NCBI GenBank assembly: GCA_007132725.1
Contig: SLOD01000011.1
Span: forward strand, 117-64,116
Direction: 5' to 3'
Length of the DNA stretch: 64,000 bases
DNA from: Candidatus Sumerlaeota bacterium
Lineage (GTDB): Bacteria > UBP6 > UBA1177
The notes below the pieces were generated by a model. It saw only the letters and a program-made list of their open reading frames with translations. It was not told the DNA's origin and ran no database searches. Below are positions 1 through 8,568 of this stretch, one piece after another; positions within the stretch are counted from its first letter, which is position 1; each line of letters opens with the position of its first letter. A program made the translations under genes and the position numbers.

Positions 1-315
<315 letters not shown>

Positions 316-365
316 TAACGATTCTTTTTTAATTTCAAGATTTCCTATTCCTAAATAAAAGAAGA

Positions 366-1325
366 TCATTCTTTTTCTATCATTGAAAGAGATATCTGAT
401 GGTACCACAGCCATAGAAGACCTAAAATAGTAACGGGAATGATCTGGGACATATGTAAAACAACAGCAACCGCCATTCTCTTTTCATAAAGTATCGCAAA
501 AAATCTTAAAGAATAAACTATAGCTGCCTGAAATACTGCCAGTCCACCCGGTGTAGGTGCCGCAAGCATCCCGAGATTTGCAGCACAAAGCATAAAAATA
601 TAGCCGACAAGAGGAATTTCAACACCAAAAGCTCTGGAAATAAGTATATATACAACAAGCTCCATAGACCAGACAAAAAAACTGAGAAAAGTTACGGCAA
701 AAAACGCTTTAGGAGATTTAATGGAAGATGCCCCGGAAATAAATTTTTCAGCGACATCAACAAAAAAAGAAAGAACTTTAAACTTTTTTCTTATAGAAAA
801 CAGTATCTTTTCCGGTATTTTTGAAAATGTACCAAACATTATAAAAAGAAAAAGGAGCATGAAAAAAGAAAAGGCAAACAAAGCGAGAGTTTTAACATTA
901 GGAGGAAGAGGGTAAATAAAAAGAATAACAAAAAGAAGAAAAGCTATTGTAAGCCCGTCAAACACCCTCTCCACAAATATTGAAGCTAACACTGATGTTT
1001 TACTCACTTTTCTTCTATTTCCAGTCACCCATGCCCTGGCAAACTCACCTATCCTTACCGGCATAATATTGTTTACAGCATATCCGCTGATAGTGAGCAT
1101 CGTCAGTTCTCCGACCTTGAAATCTCCAATATGAGAAGTGAGAAGTTTCCATCTCAACCCCCTTACAGCAAAAGAAAGCAGATAAAAGAATACTCCACTC
1201 AGTATAAGCAGAGATCTTCCTTCAAAGAGGTATTCCCTAAAAAGAACCATATCAAGATCTTTAAGAAGAAAATAGAAAAGAAAAGCTGTGAGAAAGAAAC
1301 TTAAAATTGTCTTATACTTTTTCAT
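366..1325 (-). CDS. UPF0104 / lysylphosphatidylglycerol-synthase-TM-like (flippase-like) integral membrane protein.
   Basis: Polytopic membrane protein of 319 aa with the family-typical C-terminal PTPGGLAVFQ (PGG[LIV]G[VA]xE-like) motif. Confidence 0.55.
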   Translation of the reverse strand: MKKYKTILSFFLTAFLFYFLLKDLDMVLFREYLFEGRSLLILSGVFFYLLSFAVRGLRWKLLTSHIGDFKVGELTMLTISGYAVNNIMPVRIGEFARAWVTGNRRKVSKTSVLASIFVERVFDGLTIAFLLFVILFIYPLPPNVKTLALFAFSFFMLLFLFIMFGTFSKIPEKILFSIRKKFKVLSFFVDVAEKFISGASSIKSPKAFFAVTFLSFFVWSMELVVYILISRAFGVEIPLVGYIFMLCAANLGMLAAPTPGGLAVFQAAIVYSLRFFAILYEKRMAVAVVLHMSQIIPVTILGLLWLWYHQISLSMIEKE

Positions 1326-2068
1326 TAACTTTTATTCCCGCTCTCTATAGAAAACCGGACGACCCTGTTAAACTCAGAAACAAGATCCTTCATACCTGAC
1401 AATACAGAATCAACTCTACCGGTTCTTGAAAAAGATTCAAGGTCTTTCGCTATTTCTGCCAAACTTGTCGCCCCTATACTTGCTGCAGAACTTTTGATCG
1501 TGTGGAAATTTCTCACCATCAGCTCTTTATCGCCTCCTTTTCTAAGGACATCTTCTATCTCTAATATCCTTTTTTGAGTATCAGCAATAAAAAGATCAAA
1601 AAGTTCTTTTGCCCAGCAAGAGTCGCCGTCAGCCGAAACCATAAGTGTTTTAATGTCTACCGGAGAAGTGGAGGGACTATTTTTAAACAGGAGTTTCCTC
1701 AACATTTTTTCCAGAATTTCAACATCAACAGGTTTTGAGATAAACTCGTCCATTCCGGCATCTGTACAAAGCTTTCTGTTTTCTTCAAGATCATCTCCGG
1801 TAACAGCAATGATGCTTGTCTTTTCCAGATCATTTACCCTTTCTATCTGTCTTATTTTTTCAGCAACTTCATACCCATCCATCTCAGGCATTTTGCAGTC
1901 AAGCAAAATTGCAGCAGGCTTTTTTTCATTAAAAACTCTCAAAGCTTCCAACCCGCTCTTTGCTGTTAAAACTTCATAACCGAGCTTTTTAACGATCTTT
2001 GATTCGATCTCGATATTCAGATCGTTGTCATCTACGACAAGAACAATCTTTTTATCCATAACTACCAC
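1325..2068 (-). CDS. Response-regulator receiver domain fused to a C-terminal Hpt (histidine phosphotransfer) domain.
   Basis: N-terminus IVLVVDDN...LLDCKMPEMDG...KP is the CheY-like DD/D/K signature. C-terminus HTIKSSAASIGA matches the Hpt HxxKG/S-S-A-xxGA motif. Confidence 0.7.
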   Translation of the reverse strand: MVVMDKKIVLVVDDNDLNIEIESKIVKKLGYEVLTAKSGLEALRVFNEKKPAAILLDCKMPEMDGYEVAEKIRQIERVNDLEKTSIIAVTGDDLEENRKLCTDAGMDEFISKPVDVEILEKMLRKLLFKNSPSTSPVDIKTLMVSADGDSCWAKELFDLFIADTQKRILEIEDVLRKGGDKELMVRNFHTIKSSAASIGATSLAEIAKDLESFSRTGRVDSVLSGMKDLVSEFNRVVRFSIESGNKS

Positions 2069-2081
2069 CTTCTCTTCCGGC

Positions 2082-3350
2082 TTAATCGTTTTGTGTTTTG
2101 CTATATATCCGTCTCAATTTGTTTTTAAGTCTTTCCATCACTTCAAAGTTAAAAACAGGGCTTCTCCATGAAGAAAGAGAATTGTTTTGGTACATCGGTT
2201 CCTTGTCAAAGTCAAGAAGACTTTCTTTTAAATGTTTGTCATAGAGAACTGTCCCGGGAACAGGAGAAAATTCGCTCAAATAAGGTCTGGCTCCAATGTT
2301 ATCAACAAAATCTATTGTCTCCTCTACCTCCTCTACAGCCTGTCCCGGAATACCGCAAAGAAGATATACCCCTATCTTATCTTTCCCGGATCCTGACATT
2401 TTTAACATCTCAACAACATTTACCAACTGATCCCTGTCTGTTTTTCTGTCAAAGCGGTTAAAAGCTGTTTCAAATCCGAATCTCAGTTGGGGAAAGTCAT
2501 AAAGATTAAAAATTTTGCATAATTCGTTATCCACTTCTTTTAAATGAAGACCGTTGGGGGTGTGAAAACGGTACTTTTCCGGGGGAATATTTTTTAAAAA
2601 TTCTTTTAAATATCTCCCCTTCTCAAGAAGAAGAGCATCATCATAAAAAGCTACATCCGTGAAGCCGGTCCTTTTATTCCATGCTTCAAGGTCATACACC
2701 TGCTTTTCAATGTTTTTTATCTTAACTTCAGGATAAAACAGGGAACTTGAACAGTAGGAACATCTGTTGGGACATCCTTCCACAAGGTTTGCAGGAAAAA
2801 ACTTCAAATGATCAACATATCTTGATCCTGTTCCTGTGATCTCTTCATTCACAGGATATTTTCCAGTCACTGCGTGCACACCCTTAATACCATTAAAAAC
2901 ATTAGGAATAAGTGTTGCCGCTGTTCCCCCAACTTCAATTTCAACCCCGGGGAACACCTTTAAGACAATATCTATTGTTGAGATTACCGATCTGTACCAG
3001 TAGGTCATGCCGGTTGATATTAATATTTTATCAGGGACATCTGTTTCCATAAGGAGTTTTTTGATCTTGTTGTCTGATGCTCCGAAACGGTTGAATTTTC
3101 GTCTTACAAAAAACAGTTCTTCAGGTTTATCCACTTCTTTTTTCCAATAAGAATGTCTTCCCCACGATCTGTAAGCGGGAGGGTAAAAGCCGTTTTCCCC
3201 TATTTCTCTGCCGTCAAGAAAATTTAAATAAGTTACATCATCCCCTCTTTTTTCAAAGTGCTCCATTATCCTTAATAATCCTAACGGAGCTGCCCATAAA
3301 TTATAAGCAGTAAAATCTTCCACAGGAGGATTTATAGTGAGTACCTTCAT
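2082..3350 (-). CDS. B12-binding-domain radical SAM enzyme.
   Basis: CPNRCSYCS (CxxxCxxC) radical SAM cluster motif; N-terminal region resembles a cobalamin-binding Rossmann domain. Ends 14 nt upstream of the REC-Hpt gene. Confidence 0.7.
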   Translation of the reverse strand: MKVLTINPPVEDFTAYNLWAAPLGLLRIMEHFEKRGDDVTYLNFLDGREIGENGFYPPAYRSWGRHSYWKKEVDKPEELFFVRRKFNRFGASDNKIKKLLMETDVPDKILISTGMTYWYRSVISTIDIVLKVFPGVEIEVGGTAATLIPNVFNGIKGVHAVTGKYPVNEEITGTGSRYVDHLKFFPANLVEGCPNRCSYCSSSLFYPEVKIKNIEKQVYDLEAWNKRTGFTDVAFYDDALLLEKGRYLKEFLKNIPPEKYRFHTPNGLHLKEVDNELCKIFNLYDFPQLRFGFETAFNRFDRKTDRDQLVNVVEMLKMSGSGKDKIGVYLLCGIPGQAVEEVEETIDFVDNIGARPYLSEFSPVPGTVLYDKHLKESLLDFDKEPMYQNNSLSSWRSPVFNFEVMERLKNKLRRIYSKTQND

Positions 3351-3360
3351 TTATTTAATG

Positions 3361-3771
3361 TCAGATCTTGAAATTATCGGGAAAAAGTTCACTCAGCAAA
3401 ACCCTTTTTTCGATTTCACCATTATCCGCATTAACAAGAACGATCTCCATGCCGGGATTAAAGTCGGCAAGCACCTGTCTGCAAATTCCACAAGGAAAAA
3501 CAGCTTTCCCGTCCAGAACAGAGGCTATAACTATTGCAATAATAGTTTTATCTCCATTGGTTACAGCATTGAACAATGCCGTTCTTTCAGCACAAACCGT
3601 TGCCCCGAAAGAAGAGTTTTCAACATTAACACCGTCATACATTTGTCCCGATTCTGTTATAATAACAGAGCCAACCTTGAACCCCGAATAAGGAGCATGT
3701 GCATTTTTTCTTATTTCAACAGCCCTTTTAACAGCTTTTTTCAATATGAGATCATCCATCTTTCCGCTCAA
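3361..3771 (-). CDS. cdd: Cytidine deaminase.
   Basis: 136 aa with the zinc-binding CAE...PCGxCRQ motifs (CAERTALFNAV, PCGICRQVL). Confidence 0.85.
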   Translation of the reverse strand: MSGKMDDLILKKAVKRAVEIRKNAHAPYSGFKVGSVIITESGQMYDGVNVENSSFGATVCAERTALFNAVTNGDKTIIAIVIASVLDGKAVFPCGICRQVLADFNPGMEIVLVNADNGEIEKRVLLSELFPDNFKI

Positions 3772-4624
3772 GTAAAAAAGATATGAAACGGGTCATCAGT
3801 TGAGAAAATTTTTCTTCAACAAGAGCTGCATTTTCCGTTACCTCTTCATGTGTGAGAGGATCGGAGGATATTCCCGCAGCTTTATTTGATATAAAACTTA
3901 TACCGGCAACCTCAATTCCCGCATGTTTGGCAGCTATAACTTCCGGAACTGTTGACATTCCAACAGCATCCCCTCCTGTTTTTTCGATCATACGGATCTC
4001 AGCAGGCGTCTCAAAAGAGGGGCCGGTCACTCCAGTATAGATTCCTTCTTTTAAATGGAGAGATATCTCCTGTGCAGCTTTTTTAAGTAAAAGTCCAAGC
4101 TTTTTGCTGTATACATTTGACATATCAGGGAATCTGTCACCAAACTGATCTAAATTTCTGCCTATCAAAGGGTTTGTTCCCATCATATTGATATGATCCC
4201 TTATGATCATAAGATCCCCTGCATTAAAATCCCGGTTTACTCCTCCGGCCGCATTCGTTACTATCAGCTTTTTTATCCCAAGTTTTATCAAAACCCTGAC
4301 AGGAAAAACAACCTCCTCCATTTGATAGCCTTCATAGTAGTGTATTCTTCCCTGCATTATCCAGAAAGTTTCAGAACTATCTCTGAACCTTGCAAGAACA
4401 AGCCTGCCCTTGTGTCCTGTTACTGATGAAACCGGAAAGTCCGGTATATCCCCGTATGATATTTCAAAAACATTTTCTGTTTTTTCAGCAAAATTTCCTA
4501 ATCCGCTTCCCAATATTACAGCAACATCGGGAAGAGAGTATTCATATTGAGCTGTTTTTTGCTTTATGAACTCTACAGCATTTAAAATTTTTTCCATTAT
4601 CCCACCACTGGCATCATATCTCAT
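3752..4624 (-). CDS. punA: Purine nucleoside phosphorylase (PNP/MTAP family I).
   Basis: GSGLG phosphate loop and MSTVPEV...ISNKAAG core. Likely true start at MEKILNAV (about 4597). Confidence 0.75.
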   Translation of the reverse strand: MRYDASGGIMEKILNAVEFIKQKTAQYEYSLPDVAVILGSGLGNFAEKTENVFEISYGDIPDFPVSSVTGHKGRLVLARFRDSSETFWIMQGRIHYYEGYQMEEVVFPVRVLIKLGIKKLIVTNAAGGVNRDFNAGDLMIIRDHINMMGTNPLIGRNLDQFGDRFPDMSNVYSKKLGLLLKKAAQEISLHLKEGIYTGVTGPSFETPAEIRMIEKTGGDAVGMSTVPEVIAAKHAGIEVAGISFISNKAAGISSDPLTHEEVTENAALVEEKFSQLMTRFISFLLERKDG

Positions 4625-6033
4625 TATAAATATCTGTAGAAAGCCCTGTAAGCTTTAAATGTGTGGTAAATATCAGCTTTGGAAGCAACCTCTAATGGAG
4701 CGTGCATTGAAAGAAGAGGAGTGCCGCAGTCAACAACATCCATGCCATATTCAGCAATGAACATCGCGATTGTTCCACCACCACCTTGATCCACTTTACC
4801 AAGTTCAGCTGTCTGCCACTTCACACTGTCCTTATTAAAAGCACTGCGGCATTCTGCAACAAATTCAGCATGAGCCTCATTTGAATTGCTTTTCCCTCTG
4901 ACGCCGGTAAATTTAGTGAGACATACACCCCACCCTATTTTGCCGGAATTCATTTTTTCCATTGTTCCGGCCCATTCAGGGTCTATGCCGGCATTTACAT
5001 CGGCACTGAGAAATTTACTGTCAGCAAGATTGTTTATAAGCGTGTTGTAGTCCCCCTTGCCGTAAAGGTTTATTATTTTATTTACAGCCCGCTCAAGAAT
5101 GTTTGAATTTGCACCCGCATTCCCTTTCGACCCGATCTCTTCTTTATCAAAAAACATTGCGATCTTATTCTTTTTTGATTTTCCACAATCAAAAAGAGCT
5201 TCCATCGCAGCATAGGAACACACTCTGTCATCCTGACCATGTGCTCCGACAAAACTTCTATCAAAACCTATATCTCTTGCCTTGCCTGAAGGAACCAACT
5301 GAAGCTCGGAAGATACAAAATCTTCTTCAGAAAAGCCGTATTTGGAGTTGAGATGATCCAATATAGCCAGTTTTACGGCATCTTTTTCATATTTAAATTT
5401 ATACGGTATGGAGCCGACAAGAATGTTAAGATTTTCACCCTCTATTACTGTTCCGGCTTTTTTCTGCATTTGATCCTGGGCAAGATGAGGAAGAAGATCG
5501 TTTATTGTAAAAACCGGATCTTTATCATCTTCTCCTATACATACATCTATCTTTTTGCCGTTTTCAAGGATAACAACCCCGTGAAGAGCAAGAGGTCTGG
5601 TTACCCACTGATATTTTTTTATTCCACCATAATAATGAGTTTTGAAATAGGCCATATCCTCCGCTTCGTAAAGCGGATAACCCTTAAGATCTATCCTCGG
5701 AGTATCAATATGTGCCCCGACCATTAAAAAACCATCCTTGAATTTTGTATCATTTATTTCAGCAAGAACACATGATACATTGTCAAAGTTGATAAAGAGC
5801 TTTTTATCTTTCGAGGTTGCCTTATCAATATTGACATAACCTTGTTCAGAAGCTTTTTTTTCTATGTACTTGACAGCCTCCCTTTCAGTTTTAGCATTAT
5901 CCAGAAAAGATTTATAGCCTTCAGAAAATTTCATAATTACATTAAGCTCTTTACCGGAGATACCTTCCCATCCCGATTTTTTAGTGTAAGTCAACTTTTT
6001 CGGGTCATTGTTTTTTTCTTTTTTCTTCATCAT
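4624..6033 (-). CDS. M18-family (aspartyl/aminopeptidase 1-like) zinc aminopeptidase.
   Basis: 469 aa with HIDTPR...D...EE...H-type metal ligand spacing typical of the M18/M42 clan. Confidence 0.6.
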   Translation of the reverse strand: MMKKKEKNNDPKKLTYTKKSGWEGISGKELNVIMKFSEGYKSFLDNAKTEREAVKYIEKKASEQGYVNIDKATSKDKKLFINFDNVSCVLAEINDTKFKDGFLMVGAHIDTPRIDLKGYPLYEAEDMAYFKTHYYGGIKKYQWVTRPLALHGVVILENGKKIDVCIGEDDKDPVFTINDLLPHLAQDQMQKKAGTVIEGENLNILVGSIPYKFKYEKDAVKLAILDHLNSKYGFSEEDFVSSELQLVPSGKARDIGFDRSFVGAHGQDDRVCSYAAMEALFDCGKSKKNKIAMFFDKEEIGSKGNAGANSNILERAVNKIINLYGKGDYNTLINNLADSKFLSADVNAGIDPEWAGTMEKMNSGKIGWGVCLTKFTGVRGKSNSNEAHAEFVAECRSAFNKDSVKWQTAELGKVDQGGGGTIAMFIAEYGMDVVDCGTPLLSMHAPLEVASKADIYHTFKAYRAFYRYL

Positions 6034-6158
6034 AGTGACACCTCTTTTAACATTAGCAAATCAAAGAACCAGTAAATGATAACCAATAATGTAAAAATTT
6101 CACTTTTTTATTTTAAATTGCAGTTTTGTTTCAATTTCAGTCGCTATAGAGCTTAATT

Positions 6159-6199
6159 TGTATAATTTTTTTTGACATTGACCAAAAAGCAAATATAAT
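6159..6199 (+). promoter_or_regulatory. Sigma70-like promoter(s) for the downstream wHTH/REC/HD-GYP genes: extended -10 TGTATAAT at about 6159-6166, and TTGACA (6172-6177)-16 nt-TATAAT (6194-6199).
   Basis: Read directly. Followed by a GGAGG RBS at about 6226-6230 and an ATG at 6237. The region is divergent from the aminopeptidase gene. Confidence 0.5.
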
Positions 6200-6203
6200 T
6201 TTT

Positions 6204-6821
6204 TTGTCAATGTTTTTTGCAACTATGGAGGCTGGCATGACTTATTTACCCCTTTCCTATCTTCTGGGATCTAGAGCAAAAGTGGACATTCTCAGAATTT
6301 TGGTTAGCAAGCAGAATTTTACTGGAAGAAAAATCGCAACTCTTAGCAGTACCAACCCTAATTCAAACAAAAAGGCTCTTGATTTTCTTCTTGAAACAGG
6401 GCTGATCAACAGAGAGCATGTCGGAAATGCTTTTCACTACAGTTTAAACGAAAACCATCTTCTTTATGAGCCTGTAATAAATCTTTTTAAAGAAGAGGAA
6501 AAAACCGTCAACAAAATAATGAAAGCGGGTAGTTCTTTTATAGAAGAATATGCCCCTAAAACTTTAGCAGGCTTCATATCGTATCTCAAAAGCGACCTTG
6601 TCCTCACATTGCTTGCCCACTCTTTCCCGAAAGAAGAAATGAAAAACCATATCTTTGAAAAAACCGGGTTTAAAGTTTCTATCGAAGTAATAGATACTTT
6701 GAATTTAAGCGAAAGCGATATTACACGATTTATAGACAGATCTTACTTTTGGAATAATTACAAAACGATCATGAAAATGATCAACTCAAGAGATGTCGTT
6801 AAAAACTTTTTTAACTTTTAA
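6204..6821 (+). CDS. Hypothetical protein with an N-terminal winged-HTH-like region. Likely true start is the ATG at 6237 (MTYLPLSYLL).
   Basis: GGAGG sits 6 nt upstream of 6237. VDILRILVSK...GLINREHVGNAFHYSL resembles an ArsR/MarR-type wHTH. No enzymatic motif seen. Confidence 0.4.
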   Translation: MSMFFATMEAGMTYLPLSYLLGSRAKVDILRILVSKQNFTGRKIATLSSTNPNSNKKALDFLLETGLINREHVGNAFHYSLNENHLLYEPVINLFKEEEKTVNKIMKAGSSFIEEYAPKTLAGFISYLKSDLVLTLLAHSFPKEEMKNHIFEKTGFKVSIEVIDTLNLSESDITRFIDRSYFWNNYKTIMKMINSRDVVKNFFNF

Positions 6822-6836
6822 GACCGGAGGATAATA

Positions 6837-7253
6837 ATGGACAGAAAAAAAATGACCGTACTGGTTCTTGACGATGAGGAAAATATTCTTTCCAGCCTTA
6901 AAAGAATACTTGAAGGATGTGGTTATACTGTCATTACAAAAAGTAAGCCGGAAGAGGCTATTGATTATGTACGGAACAATGTTGTTCATATTGCATTGCT
7001 GGATATCCTTATGCCGAATATGGATGGAATAACAGTCCTCAACATAATTAAAGAGATCAGTGGACTGACTCAGGTTGTAATGATGAGTGCATACAGCACC
7101 GTGGATCGAATAGTATCAGCACTTGAAAACGGAGCCAATGATTTTCTGCTAAAGCCTTTTGATAATATTGATGCTTTTATTTCCATCATAGAAAATTCAG
7201 AAAGCAAACTTTTAAGATGGCAGAAAATATTATCTGAAACCGGAGCAATTTAA
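6837..7253 (+). CDS. Stand-alone response-regulator receiver (CheY-like).
   Basis: VLVLDDEEN...LLDILMPNMDG...S...KPF signature. Strong RBS GGAGGataataATG. Confidence 0.8.
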   Translation: MDRKKMTVLVLDDEENILSSLKRILEGCGYTVITKSKPEEAIDYVRNNVVHIALLDILMPNMDGITVLNIIKEISGLTQVVMMSAYSTVDRIVSALENGANDFLLKPFDNIDAFISIIENSESKLLRWQKILSETGAI

Positions 7254-7254
7254 T

Positions 7255-8526
7255 TTGACGACCCACCCTCAGTCAAGGCTAACCCATTTTCCCATACAGG
7301 ACGTTAATCTGCCCTCTTCTTTTGCGGCAGATTTTTTAAGTGAATTATCAAAAGCCACAGAAAAAGATAAAAACGGAGAAAATTTACATCACAGTTTAAG
7401 AGTCGCTGTCATTGCGCATAAAATAGGGAAAAAAGCCGGTTTAGATAAAAAATCTCTCAAAGAGCTGTTTTTTTCTGCTTTACTCCATGATATAGGCGGA
7501 GTGATCACCACTCAACATGTGATGGAAGATATTGTTCAAACACCCGATATTTTGGGTCAGAAAAATGACTTTTTTATTTTTTCACATCCTCATAGAAGTG
7601 AAACCATGTTACAAAGCTTTCCAACTTTCAGGGCAATTAGTGAAGTTGTAGGATCCCATCACGAATTTTTTGATGGAAGCGGCTTTCCAGCAGGTCTGTC
7701 AGGAAAGAACATCCCTTTTTTATCACGAATTATCAGAATTGCCGATACTGTTGATATATTGTTGAGACTCCACACTTTCAATAAGTCAGATGAACTACTC
7801 GGGCTTCTGAATATCATTGCGGGAGAAGAATTTGATCCTGATATTTATAAAATTTTTGTTGAAATTGTGACCGGAACAAATTTGCTTGAAAAATTAAAAA
7901 CTGCTGAAGTGGTTGAAGCTGAAATCTCTCAAATAAAAAAAACTATGGAAGATGACTATTATTTCTCCTCTCCGGATACAATAAACCGGTTTTTTAAAAC
8001 TGTTGCTATTTTAACAGACAATTTAACATCTTTTGAAGATAATCACTCTTTAAGAGTTGCGGAAATTTCTGTTCAAATAGCTTATCTTCTTGATCTGGAT
8101 CAGGAAGAAGTGCTATCTATAAGGTGGGCTGCATTTCTTCACGATATTGGCAAACTTGTCGGGAATAGAGAAGTATATACTAAAAAAGAGAAGCTATCAG
8201 AAAAAGAGTGGTTAATGATAAGAACCCATTCTCAAAGATCCTACGACATTATTAATAAAATAGGGGGCATGAAAAAAATTGCCTACTATATTTTACACCA
8301 TCATGAAAACTTCGATGGAACAGGATATCCTGAAAATCTTTCCGGAAAAAGAATACCTCTTGCATCAAGGATTCTCAGAGTGGCTGATGCTTTCGATGCC
8401 ATGACATCAAACAGAATATATCATAGAAAGAAAGATTGGCAAAGAGCATTGAAAGAGTTGAGAAAATATTCTGGAACTCAGTTCGATCCGGAAATAGTTG
8501 AAACTTTTTTCGCTAATATTTCGTAG
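7255..8526 (+). CDS. Tandem HD-GYP domain protein (c-di-GMP phosphodiesterase family), TTG start 1 nt after the REC stop.
   Basis: Domain 1: HHSLRVA...LHDIGG...HHEFFDGSGFP (GYP degenerated to GFP). Domain 2: NHSLRVA...LHDIGK...HHHENFDGTGYP...D (canonical). Confidence 0.75.
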   Translation: MTTHPQSRLTHFPIQDVNLPSSFAADFLSELSKATEKDKNGENLHHSLRVAVIAHKIGKKAGLDKKSLKELFFSALLHDIGGVITTQHVMEDIVQTPDILGQKNDFFIFSHPHRSETMLQSFPTFRAISEVVGSHHEFFDGSGFPAGLSGKNIPFLSRIIRIADTVDILLRLHTFNKSDELLGLLNIIAGEEFDPDIYKIFVEIVTGTNLLEKLKTAEVVEAEISQIKKTMEDDYYFSSPDTINRFFKTVAILTDNLTSFEDNHSLRVAEISVQIAYLLDLDQEEVLSIRWAAFLHDIGKLVGNREVYTKKEKLSEKEWLMIRTHSQRSYDIINKIGGMKKIAYYILHHHENFDGTGYPENLSGKRIPLASRILRVADAFDAMTSNRIYHRKKDWQRALKELRKYSGTQFDPEIVETFFANIS

Positions 8527-8568
8527 TAGTAACAAATTACAGGACACTTAAATTAAGAATGAAGAAGT

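Noticed and set aside
3337-3786. Plus-strand 149-aa and 107-aa ORFs overlapping cdd.
   Set aside because: Antisense to a confidently identified cytidine deaminase with intact zinc motifs.
5353-5727. Plus-strand 124-aa ORF inside the aminopeptidase gene.
   Set aside because: Hydrophobic low-complexity translation antisense to a conserved peptidase gene.
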